A stretch of DNA of 64,000 bases from Haliotis rufescens (taxonomy: Eukaryota): positions 10,168,001-10,232,000 of the forward strand of contig NW_025963780.1 in NCBI RefSeq assembly GCF_023055435.1. The letters are read 5' to 3'. Made by a program: the position numbers and the translations under genes. Below are positions 1 to 13,543 of the stretch, piece by piece. Below the pieces are notes generated by a model, which was given only the letters and a program-made list of their open reading frames with translations, searched no databases and was not told where the DNA came from. Each line of letters opens with the position of its first letter. Within the stretch, counting starts at the first letter, position 1.

Positions 1-737
1 GATACAAGCCACAACATGTGTTGACAATATAATTGCTGACCCTCACAGACGCACATATATAATGTTACTGAAAATTTAACGATTAATTCTACCATGAATT
101 TGGAAATTACACGATTCTGATTGGTCAATCAGAGGCTATTAAAACACAAGAAACGCTCTCTGATTGAAACTGCGGGTTTGACAGCCGCATCACCGCGGAA
201 GCATATATTCATAGAAGAGAAACTATTTGTTTCAGACATTGTTGGTAGGCATATTTAAATAATTATATCTACACGTACAGGTTACAAAATGCAAAGTCGC
301 GGTTACTACACTATTCAAAGGATGTGTGACAATACATTTCGTCCAGAAAACACGATAGAAATATTCAAAGAGAATGTATTTTAAGTTTTGGGAACAGCAG
401 AAAGCTTGGAATTTGGCGCTTCTCTATATCATTGCGTCACAATGAGCGATATGACGCCATGATGTTTACGAAGCTTGCATAATATTCTTTAGGGATGCCC
501 ACCTCATGTTAGCTGATAAAGTTGCCGTGCTTATATGCTTTCAATGCCTGCCATATGATCCTGTGACGTATTACGCTGTAAAAAAGGGCTTGAGCATATA
601 CAGCGCCATCTTTTGTTTACAGGCTGTTGTCGGTGATTCCGTAATTCAGATCGACAACCCACTTAACCCATGCCACCTCACTCAATTTATTTGAGTTCGC
701 GTTTTATTTAGTCATGGTAGAATGGAGATAAACAAAT

Positions 738-881
738 TGTGTTTTTTAATGTAGAGCTAGGTTACCTGTAGATTTAACCACGCTAAATTTAACATTTGAA
801 ACATCACCCTGCGCGTTCGGTTCCAAATTCAATTTAGCGTCGTTAAATCTACAGGTAACCTAGTTTTACATTGAAAACACA
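738..881. repeat. Imperfect palindrome (~55-bp arms)
   Basis: CTAGGTTACCTGTAGATTTAAC ... GTTAAATCTACAGGTAACCTAG. Confidence 0.85.
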
Positions 882-974
882 GTATCTTTATCTTCTAAAT
901 ATTTAAGATTTTCATGATTTAAAATCATTGCTAAAAGTAGGTGTGCAGTTATAGTGTGTTGACCTCATGATTAC

Positions 975-1231
975 CTCATAGACTTTCTTGCCTCCATCTG
1001 GCGTTTCTATGGTGACCTTGCTATCGGTCATGTTGTCAGCTCCGAAGCTAACTCCGAACACTTTCGGCTCTGTCCCAGCTTTAGCAATGATAGTAAGTTC
1101 AAGTTCGATGTCCCCATCGACACTTGTGTTGAAATTTCCTCCGTTGGCAGCCAACTGAGCCATGACGTTATTATCCTTCGTCTGAACGGTGAGGTACCCG
1201 GTTGACACCTTCTCCACGTCACACTGGGGAG
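975..1231 (-). CDS. SSPO-like exon 32, unassigned beta-rich domain (PQCDVEKV...GGKKVYE)
   Basis: Open frame in ORF 912-1280; tctcag/gtaatc; phase 1-0. Confidence 0.75.
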
Positions 1232-2065
1232 CTGAGACAGACAACAAATCAAAACTTTGGATCGTAGGCAGTTTTAACAATGTTGAAGATACTTAACAAC
1301 ATTAACGCCGCAATATCACAGCTATATAACAGCGGATATTGAAAACCACGACCAACGCCATTCGGGTAGGGTGACACACAATCTGCCAATTCACAGAGCC
1401 AAACAACCGATTCCATTTTAGTCGACTGTTACGACAAGTCATGAATCTATTCTGACCCGGAATCCCCACATGGCTAATACCATTAATGGATCAATGTATC
1501 CAAGCTAACCCAGACATTTAATTAAGACTCGATAACCTATTGTGAATGCGTTTGACATTTAAGTTTAAGGCAGGCGAAACACTTGGAAAGGGTCCCTTGA
1601 ACATTTGTACTTAAACTGTAGATGTACATTGATTGCTCCAGGATGAAGGTTGGGACGAGTTACTAACTACGTTCAGACATGAACGATCCGTGACCTCGCC
1701 ACTAACATATTTTGTTTTGGTTTTAATCAGTGTCATAAGACAGAAGAACATAACAAGCTATTACTTACTTGTTGACATCGGTGTAGCTGTAAAACAAGAA
1801 AGGATAGTGTTTAGTTTTTAAGAATTTGCTCATAAATCACATTGTCAAAATTGTTTTGAAAATTCATTAAAATTCACTTATCTGAGACATATGTCTGCAC
1901 TTTGTACTTACTGCATCCCTTCTCGTCAGACCCATCACCACAGTCATCGTGGCCGTCACAGCTTCGGTCCTTGGGGATGCAACTGTCGTTCTCAACACAT
2001 TGTGTCTCGTTCTTTGGACACACTGTAACGATAATAATAATAATTTATATATATATATACAATTA

Positions 2066-2112
<47 letters not shown>

Positions 2113-5100
2113 AGAAGAGGGAACATATATGTGAAATGATGCATCACATTAAAATCGTTTGCTTCATAACATTCCCCATTAATGTTTTACTTTTTGCTTG
2201 TTTAAAGATACTCATATATTTTATTTACGATACAGGATTTAAATTCTAGATAAACACAGACTTTTTGAATATGAACTAGCTCTCACCGTGGCAACCCGCT
2301 TCGTCTGAGCCATCAGTGCAGTCTTTCTCTCCATCGCAGACAAAGGACATTGGAAGGCACATGGTTGGTTTGTCAGCACATACGAAAGTTTCATTGCTGC
2401 ACGTTATTTCTGCAAATATATTCATGTGACCATATAATTAGGACATATGATTTGTGGAAAAGTGTATCAAAACTTTGTCATTTAGCCATTTAAATTATTC
2501 CTATTGTATGATAAACAGTTACCCTATGATAAGAGTGCAGTTTAGCATCGGAACGTAGCACAGTTAAGATGTGATCAATAGGTTACGTACGATCAGTGTG
2601 TTGCGTACTATGGTCAACATATGATCAATAGTTACGTACGGCCCGTGAGTAGATAGTCAAAACAAATGTGTTAGTTTCAATCAGAACGTAACGTTGTAAA
2701 GTTCTAAATAAATAATGGTACGAGAAGAATGTCTGGGACACACACATAATACAATTTTGATCCAACTTACTGCAATCGCGTTCGTCGGATCCGTCATCAC
2801 ACTCCTTGAGACTGTTGCAATAGAAGTCCTTTGGTATGCATTGTCCAGAGTCGCAGGTGAACTGGAGATCAGTGCAGGTTACATCTGAAATAGTCAATTC
2901 CAGACATTACTTTTACACATCAACATTTTTTATTCATATCATACATGCACGTTGTATGGTTATGTATTGCATAAGCCCACAATGATGTAAAAAGAAGAAA
3001 AGCGCAAGATTTGCTAAGTGATTTTATCTCATCAAAAGATTGTTATTGACTTATTGTATGGTGGAACACTTCCCTATCATGATTATATTACTAAATAAAC
3101 GTCTTATTCTTCCAAATTAATAAGTTTATTTATGAGTTTTATCATAGAACAGTGACCTACATGAACCCATCAACGGTATGGTTGTGATTAAAGGGGCGTC
3201 ATGACCAGTGACCCCTGGCCAAGTTCCAGTCTAAGGTAATATTTGTCAAGCCCTGTCCATTGTCACTGTAGTTTTAGACCGTACATAACCAATGTGCTGA
3301 GGTAAGTCCACGTTGTAACAAAATAACAGTGATATGAAAGTTGTTGTGCTTAAGCGTAAGAGAACTAAGGATGGATGTCCACACTAATAACAGACGCATC
3401 CGACTATCAAACAATCACATTTAGCCCCAGTTCCTATTCAGAATGGAAGAAATATGAACAGGTTACATACTGCAGTTGACTTCATCTGAACCGTCGCTGC
3501 AGTCCCTCATGCCGTCACAGACCTTGTCCTTGTTGATGCACATAAGAACGCCCTGCACCTCTCCACAGCTGTGTTGTGTCTCGTCACACTCGCCGCAAGT
3601 CTTGCCTGTGCATTCCAGCTCGCCCTTTTTGCATGTGCTGTAGCATAACGAAGAGGTATCACTTATTGTGCGAAACGGATACCTATACCTGTGACACTCT
3701 TTTTCATCCTGCACAGTTATTGTTCAATATTGTTACTGATATACAGAAGGCACTTCCTATTGTCATTCCGCAATCTGCATGGCGATGAGAGTTTCAATCA
3801 CAAGCCCTTTTATCTCGTACCGGGTACCTTATACTGAATGCTGTCATTGAGTAGACAGTGGTCGGAGAAGGAGAACAGACATACCAGAGTTGGCAATCCC
3901 GTGTGAAGTTCTGTCCTGGTTGGTAGATGAAGCTGTTTTTGTCTTTGCAGGGGCATTCTTCCAGTGGCACGCATCGTTTCGACTCCTCTGCAAACACGAC
4001 ATTGACAGTTTTACATGAAGTATACCATGCTTTGTCTTTTCGTCGTTATGTATTGCCAATTAACGACGCGCGTGTCTGTGTGTGTATTTGTGAGTGCATG
4101 CGTGCGTATGTGTGTGTATTTGTGCGTGTGTGCGTGCGTGTGCGTTTTGTGAGTTGTTGAATGTGAATAGTTTTTCAGTGTTTTCGTTTTTCAATACCGA
4201 TAACAGGCTACTGTTGAGATGAAAAGACGGTTTGTAGTATTCATTAACCACAATATCGCCTTTCGATTGAGCGAGTGAGTACGTTGAATAGTTATTTCAG
4301 TTCTCTCCAGCGTGTCAGCCTAATGTTGGAGGATTGTGTTGAGGAACAAATACGATAACCAAGATGTTTCTTGAATTCGGACCCAGGATCATCGAATCCT
4401 TAAGGAATTGTTTGTGCCTTAGACGACCTCGTACCATTGAAGTAAAATAGGAAAATGACATTATTAAGACAAGAGAACAGGGGTTGAACATGAGCTATTG
4501 AAGAAGAATGTAATCTCGATCACTTTGTAACATATTTATACTCTTGTCACAAAAAAAGAATACCAGTGAAGCGGTTAGAGATATATGTAGAGGGACAGCA
4601 GTGTCTACATACCGTCCATGACAGTTCCTTCTGGACAGAAACAACCCTCAACACAATGGGTGCTGTTGCAGATTTCGCCGACAGTGTCGCTGATGGTGGA
4701 TTCGGCGCAGCTTGGTTGACAAGGGTTGCCACAGGCTCTATACTGACTTCCACCTTCACACTGGATGGCTGGTAGCATACAATCAGTGTGTTAAGGTGAG
4801 ACTAACTATATTATTAATGATTGCTAATGGTCTCTTTTGACAATCATATATTGGTAATACATTTGTCAAAACTTCACGTGAAGTAACACAGTCTATGCCA
4901 AATGGTTTGGTTAAAGTTTGGGATACATAAAAAATGAATATGATACTGATCATAAGCCAAGAGAAAAATCTCTTTTGAAGAAAGAATTATAATAACTTAG
5001 GTCATGCCGATGAACAAGTACTTAATTTAAAGTGAACTGATATACTTACGGCACAATCTCTGCGTTCTCCACTTAACAGCAATGCCATGAAGGTTCATAC

Positions 5101-5265
5101 ACTCAGCAGCGTAGGTGGCAATGGCGTTACACAAGCATTCACAGTCGCCTCCCTTGTCACAACTGCAAACATCAGGGCAAATGGCTATTTATTGATTTGG
5201 ATACTTCTTTACTTTATTTAAACTGACGTATTTGCGTTTTAACTATAGAAGATAAGTCATAACTA

Positions 5266-5310
<45 letters not shown>

Positions 5311-5905
5311 TTAGAGATTAAAATACAAAATGCAGCAAAGAGGGTTTGGCTGATTGGCTGATCCTGTCACACAGGCTGGTTAGACTCATCATCAGCTCGG
5401 GGCCCCTGCCCCTTCTTCACGCATCCCAGACATCGAATGGGTCGAGCCCACCCAGAACATTTCGGAGAATGTGAAAACTCCCCAACACTGCAGCCTTCTG
5501 CATTACCCAGATTGTCAGGGAACAAACCCGGGTACTCTCCCAATGTCAGTCAACAGATTGGGAGGTACCAAACCTAAGGCACCGAGAATAATGGGGAGTC
5601 GGACAACTTGGTACTTGGGATGCAAGCGTGACATTTCGAAAGCGAGGTCTGCATATTTGCCATCTTTTTCCTGAATCTTGTCAATCACATTAGTGTCAAA
5701 AGAGACAGAACATTCAATGATATAAATGATTTCTTTGGATCTATCAAAAAGGACAAGATCAGGTTTGTTGGCCTTGAAACGTCTTTTCCATGACGCCCCT
5801 ACATATTCCGGGTCGTACAGGGAATCTGCAGGGTTGCTGATCCTCTCAACACACTGCACATAAACTCGACGCAGTAAAGAAATCTGTGGAATGTCTTGTT
5901 GTCAC

Positions 5906-5951
<46 letters not shown>

Positions 5952-8511
5952 ATATTATTATCATTATTATTATTATTATTTGTACCAGTAGCTTAACCTT
6001 CAGTTGTTTTTCAGTCATATACTTAACCGCAAAAGAAACGTCACCGTGGGAAGATATATGAGAAACCGTATTTGTCCAAACACTGTAAACATACTTTGAG
6101 ACATATTAAAAAGATAAGACTCGGTAAAACTAATCATCAAGGTTGAAATTAAAGTGTCAAATGTTCTTCAAGTGAAACACAACACTAGTCTCTGTGAAAA
6201 TGACATCACAAGTCAATACCTCATGTGTCGGCTATGTGCATTGATGACTGCCGTGCAACGTCGATACATGGAATGGATGAGGCGGTTGATGAAGGCCATG
6301 GGCACTTGAGCCCACACTCTGAGGAACGCCTAACGCAGTTCAGCTGCAGTTGTCGGCCTTGGTCGGACGTCATTCAGTCGTCTTTGATTCTCGTCCCACA
6401 GGTGCTCAATGGGATTTAAATCGGGACTGAGGGCAGGCCACTGCATGGTTCTGATGCCATTCTGCTGGAGGAGGTCTCTTGTTGCTCTCGCAGTGTGGGC
6501 ACGGGCGTTATCATGCTAAAACTCGTGGTTGCGGCGATGTGCCAAATGAGGTATGGCCTGTGGTCTCAAGACTTGATCAATGTACCGAGCTACTGTGACA
6601 GCATTGCCTCTCCCTAGACCGATGTTCTGGAAGACCACAGGGACGACCCTCTGTGCAAGACCAATTCCACGTCACACCATGATGCTCGGACCACCCCAGA
6701 AGTCTCTCTCAACAACACAAGCATCCGAATAATGTTCCCCACGGTGTCGCCAGACTCTCTCTCTGCTTTCTGCTGTTGACATACAGTATGAGAAGAGGAT
6801 TCAGCCAATGCTGGTACTGTGTTGCCCACTGAAGATGGTCCCGGCGATGACGTTGTGTCAGAATGGGTCCTCGGGATGGCCTGTGACAGCGGAGGTGTCT
6901 GAACGTCAATCGTCGACGCGTGGTGTCTGCACTAATGTGTTGCTTGTGTGTGCACATGGTCCGTCGAGCATTTTCCGCAGCAGTAACAAAGCGATCTTGA
7001 AGATGCTGTCGCACAATCTAACGAACCTGTCGTCGGGTGGTGACCCTTGGTCTTCCACTTCGTGGGCGGTCATCTGTAGTGTTGGTGGTCTGGTATCGTT
7101 GCTGGAGCCTGTATATGGTCCTTACGTGGACTTGAAATGCATTGGCTACTTGCCGGGCGGTTTGTCCAGCTTGCAATCGTCCAAGGGCTTGATGTGGCTG
7201 ATTTCTTGTTAATCTTGGCATGTGGTAGCAATTCAATAACGAATGAATATTATCCGATCTTTGGATTTTTTATAGGGCAAGAAATGGGGGAACGCATGTG
7301 CATTTCAATTTGCACGGAACTCACGTGCTTCGGGTTACAATGGCCGTTGCCGTGATGCGTTTGGGCGATCGGTTTTTATTGTCATATGCTTTGTTTTTTA
7401 ATCATCCAATTTTATTTTTCCGAACAAGGTGATGTTAAATTTTAGAAACTTTGACAAAAATTACCCAGATATTTAAAAGACAACTTTTCATGCAATATTA
7501 CTTGGGGTGGCGTTTCTTTTATGGTTCAGTATATTATAGACACGCCATTTAGGGTAATAACAGTGAATCAACTATGATTCAGGCATAAATTAATTAACGT
7601 GTTTCACAGAAAACTGTAAAAATGCAAATAAAACACCTACCCGCATGCCTCAGACTCGCAGAATTTAAAGAGGGTATGTGTTCTTGTCGCCATTTTGTTT
7701 CGACATTGTTGAAACTCTGGGCTGTAAAGTACTTGGCAAGCACTTGTTGCCCAATCTTTCCTATCGGCGTTTGTCTGTTGGGTTATAAACAAAAACAAAT
7801 CATTAGACGCTTTCAAGGTTTTCTCATGTTATTGTTTGACAGGTGAGGTGAGGTGAGGTGAGGTGAAATGGGGATTAAATTGCGTTCAAGATTATTCCAC
7901 TGATATAGCGAAGTGCATATGCTCGAATGCGTGCTATGTGCGTGTACACGTGACTGCTTACATTAGTCAAGACTAATGCCATTTTTGATTGTGCTAGCCC
8001 ATTGAGATACCATGCTGCAGTTTAGACACAGTATACTGACTGAGCCGGCCAGTCCTTGTTTTATTCCCCTAAAGCCGAGCGCCAGGCTGGGTAACTTGTA
8101 ATGGAATAGGTCAGTTGTTGCACAAAATAAAAACCGGTTTAATAAATGTGAAATATGAAGGTATAATTACAACATCTTAATAGAAGCGAAAAAATATCAT
8201 AAAATTTACATACATTATGTACTGATTTTATTTAACATTTTTTCGGTATATTTGCATCTAAGGTTCTCACCTCACATGGCTCTTTGCCCGTGGGCACATA
8301 CTCGACACACTTATCGGGAGACACTCTCCAGGAATTTCCAAACGCAGCAGCATCAGTAGCAAGGGCGCCTGTTTGCAACGTTTTGTCGTCCTGATTGTTT
8401 CCATTGTTGTTGCCACACAAACCTTTGGTTTGATTTGCCCATGCCTCGGGTACTTCAAGTTTCACGTACAGACCTATTGATGTATCAAGGGCGGTGGTAT
8501 ATTTATTGCGT

Positions 8512-8588
<77 letters not shown>

Positions 8589-10605
8589 TGCACTTCCGAC
8601 ATTTATATGACACGAAAACTTTCCGTTGTCGATACAATTCGGAATATACATGTATGTGAGTCCACAACTATTGATTGTTGACATATAGAGAGATATGATT
8701 ATATTATGCACAAAATCAAATGTCATTCGTCTTCCACACATTTAAGTTTGCCAAAATACTTCAAATACATTTTAGTTGCTCACCTTGGTCCCATGTGATG
8801 ACAAAGTTGCGGGCGAGGATGTGATATGTAAGAGCGGTAAGTCGCACCTGGATGCCATCCAATATGTTGTTTATAGTTCCTTCTGGGTAGTTCTGACCGT
8901 TGATGTCAATACCTTTAGATCTTGCCATTGTCATAGTGAGGCCTTCACCCAACTGTATTTCAAGGGATTTGGTACACATGGTCTCGGTACCTCGACACTT
9001 GTAGCCTTGAATAAGAACCTTGATGTCATTGTACTCCAACATGACATACTGGCACGATCCGTCACTGGAACCGGGGAAGTAGTATGCGTCGCCATCAAAG
9101 GTTTGGAAGAATTGCTGGGTTCCGGACAGCGTACAGATTTCTGCACACAAACGAAAGAAAGGAAACAAAATATCAGGTTGAGGCCATTTCCTCATCATCA
9201 TGAATGTAATTTAACTTTACATTTCTGTCAATTATTGAAGATTGTCTTGTCGGTGTGCCACCGGTGAGGAAGGATACGCTTATATTTTCGCGAATACCTA
9301 GTGTCATCAATATTCAATAATGATTAATAAGCAAATGCTTGTGATATACTTCTTTTAGTAGAGTTTTCTTATAATTATGGAAATTGTTTGTGTCGCTTTA
9401 TATTAATAGTTGAACACATTTAACATACTCATTAACACTACATAGTGTATTAATTTGAGCTTTATGAATAATACAAAGTAGTATCAACTCACGTCTGCAA
9501 GTGCTTGAATCGAGAACTTCCCACTTAGCGTTGTTACATTTCCTGTAAATACAAGATGGAGTTGTAGAATTGTTTACATTCACATCATTTGGCATAGACG
9601 ATCGAATCCTCAATTACATCATCGTACTTCATGATATATACAACTATATCCTTCTATTGATAGCAATATCGTTTCTCCACACACTCACATAATATACACC
9701 ATCAGATCTTCTTATAGTGTCACGATCATATCCTAATATAGATCATAGCCACAAACGACTTCATATTGCAACACAATATTACCCACAAGTGATGAAAGAC
9801 CGAGTGCAATAACATCCCCATGTTTGCACTGTGGCATGTTTATTTGAGCGTTTTCTCAAACCTGCTAAACCACTTACAATAAAATGACGCCATACTGTTA
9901 CATTGTGGAGAACATTAAGATAAGACTTCATCCTTGGTTTCATACATTGAAAACGTCACTTTAATAATTTTTCTCAGTACTAGATAGTGTTTCAGTGTCT
10001 CGTGCGTACCTGTGTCTATGCGTACACTAGTCCGGACTTAAGTTGATTTCATAGAGCTAGCCTACTGAGGTACCCTGCCAGAATTAAACATGAATAACCC
10101 ACTCAGACACAGTATACTGACTCCGAGCCGGCCATGTTTGTCACTTCAAAGCCGAACGGATTTTGTTGCACAAAATAACAACTGATATAATAAATGATGC
10201 CCTCTACATAGTCTGGATAGAACCATGATGGACCTGAAAATCACAAGCATGCAGAAGAGGGAAATAAGGGATCGCTTAAAACACTGTGTGTATGCCAGAG
10301 CTTGCAGAAGAGGGAAATAAGGGATCGCTTAAAACACTGTGTGTATGCCAGAGCTTGCAGAAGAGGGAAATAAGGGATCGCTTAAAACACTGTGTGTATG
10401 CCAGAGCTTGCAGAAGAGGGAAATAAGGGATCGCTTAAAACACTGTGTGTATGCCAGAGCTTGACATCAACTGACAGGGTGGACAGCCTCATTAAACGTC
10501 ATCACATACTCTTCATTTAACGTTTATATGTTGATGCAACACATTGACGGTATCGTGTGCAAACAGAAAGCCTTCTAATTCACTTTTTTATTAGTATTAG
10601 CCGTT

Positions 10606-10658
<53 letters not shown>

Positions 10659-11049
10659 TTTGTTTATTTGTTTGTTTGTTTGTTGTTTAACGCCACACTC
10701 AGCAATATTCCATCTATATGACGGCGGTCTGTAAATAATCAAGTTTTGACCAGACATACCAGTGATTGACATCATGAGCATCGATCCACGCAATTGGGAT
10801 ACGATGACATGCATCAAACAAGTCAGCCAGCATTGACAACCCGATCCCGTCAATCGCCTCTTACGTAGTAGTAATAGTGGTAGTGAGTGAGTGAGTATGT
10901 GAGTGGGTGAGTATGGTCTTACGCCGCTTTTAAGCAATATTCCAGCAATATTACGACGGAGCTTCACACATTATAGCCATGTCAGGAATCGAACCCGGGT
11001 CTTCGGTGTGACGAGCGAACGCTTTAACCACTAGGGTACCCGACGCCCC

Positions 11050-11112
<63 letters not shown>

Positions 11113-13487
11113 TGCTTACTTTTGGTGGCAGCCAGCAGAGATGATGGATCCCTGCGCGAAGTAATCCCCTGTATCGTAGCATGGACATTCACCCTCCTTA
11201 ATACATTTACCAGACTGAAAAGAAATATACATTTTAACAATAGTTGCCATCTGCCTTCGAGGAGGTGAATGATTAAGGAAGGGGCTAGTATATAGATAGT
11301 AACATATTTTAGTATTTATAGACTGTCGGAGACGTGGAAATGCGCTGTAATGGTACAGTGCAAACCCGTAGCACTCATAGTGTCATAGAGAAATAACATC
11401 TGGCATACACTGATTCATGCCGAGGGAGTCAACAGTAAGGACTTCTTATCAGATTCTTTTTTCTGCACTATTGTGTCACCACTGTCATCACTACTGTGAT
11501 CTCCAGTATCTTTAAATGAACCTCTTAATAAGTAATTATTTACCACATGACTGGCTTCATATCTGTAATAACTATCCTGTGGAAAAACGTCATATCTTTT
11601 TACGTTCTCAGTCCCCAACGCACTGGTGAGTCAATTTAATCTATTAAGAAATGAAAGTGGATTCTCTCAATGTCTTGAAGACCCGGATAAAATTATAACA
11701 TTACTCACAAGTCAGTCTGTAAACAAATTCGTGCGCCATGTGAAACAAAAATACTCACCGGGTCCTCAATAGTTCCATTGGGGCAGTAGCAGGCTTCCTG
11801 CAAGATGAACTCGCCATTTCTCTGTGGAAGTTGCTTGCAGGCGCTCTTCCTGCCGGGCATCTGGCACGTTGGCATGCAGGTACCCTCGGGGACTTCAGCC
11901 AGCACTTGGGTACCAAGACAGGTCATCTTCTCACATGTTGTATTGGTGCAGGACAGTTTGCCACTTGCACAAACGCTACAAAATTACGAAGGGTCAATAA
12001 TTAAAACGTTACGGGTTGTGAAAAGAAGTTGGTGTACGGTGATATTGCGTTAAGGGTGTGACTATAAAGGGCTGAATACTCGGATTATAAGATACAGGTT
12101 CGGGGATAATCGGTTATTGTAAAGGTATAATATCATAGTATATCGGAAGAATAAGTTATGGGTAGGGGACCATGCCATAACGGTATGCGATCACCGTAAG
12201 GGAATCATAGATGTAAAGATAGTGGAGTTGTTGTCTGATCAAGGTTACAATGTATCAGTGACAAAACTGATGTCCCATACAATTCCTTATTTGGACTTGT
12301 ACCATATGTTTTAGGTACACATGTGACGTGCCGTTGCATGTGTTTGTGATGGGGCCGGATACGCTCCCCTTTTCGCGAAGACCTGGTATCATCACTATTT
12401 GATTGTAAGGAGATAAACCTACCATGTTTTGAAATTTGATGTAGTCCAAATGCAGATTAGATACCTCTTATTTCACTTTGGAAACTGGGGGCACGGGTGG
12501 GCCAGTCGTCTACGGCGCCCCGAGTCGAGTCGAGTTGCGTCCCTTGGGCACGCCAGAAACCTATGGTTGTGGGTTCGAATCCCGGTTCGCCCCGATTATG
12601 TTTCTAGGTTTGTCAGCACCATGCCCGTGATCGTGTGTTTCACCGAAGTGGTAAACGTCGAAGACCTGCATCACTTCGGGCTTTCCTCCCACATTAAGCT
12701 GACACGCCGTGATATAACTGGAATACTGTTAAAAGCGGCGTTTAACCTCACTCCCTCACTCACTCACTTTGGAACCGAGCGCTTTAGGTTTATCTCCATT
12801 TTGCCATGACGACAAGAGCAGTTTCGAAACGGTAGGCTTTTGGGACGCATTATTGCACATGGGTGAATAGGTCAGCGATCTTTGAACGTTTCAAAAAGGG
12901 TCCTAAGTAGTGATAAATGTAACAAATATAAGTTCAGGTTGTAGAAATGTAGAAAAAAATGTGAATTAATTTATTTCTCAAAAAAGCTTATTATTAAATA
13001 ACAGGATTTTAGGTATTTTGAAGTTCTACTCATGTAGCAGGTGGTTTGGAATATCTCCCCGACAGGAATACATAATAAAAAATACTATCTCTCCACCCTG
13101 AAGTATTAGCTACAGACGAGTACTTGTGGCCCTGACACTGTGGTCAGTGTGTGTTTAACTTCATTGTGTGTATTCTGAAGTAGATTTCATCATGTTTGAT
13201 GCCATTGTTCTGATATCGAACGTTTACGGTATTCAAATGGGTTAATGGCAGCCATTTTTACATGCATCGATGCATCTGATCCTTTACAATTGCTTCTAAT
13301 ACAGTCGGAATCGTACAGTAGAGTCTACTTCTAGTACAGAACATTCTTATGATTATAGAAATGTTTTTGTCGCTTTAATTTTACAATGCGATATGTGTGT
13401 GGATGATTTGTGAGATATGTTCAATATCAACGAAAGGTCTGGTAAACGTAAAGTTTATTACACAGACAGACAGACAGACAGATAGAC

Positions 13488-13543
<56 letters not shown>

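Noticed and set aside
8776-9267. 163-aa plus-strand ORF
   Set aside because: Antisense shadow of the VWD3 exon.
11544-11576. 33-nt phase 0-0 candidate exon ([11 protein letters not shown])
   Set aside because: It would interrupt the TIL' domain between CYCPNG..DP and SGKC; probably chance splice sites.
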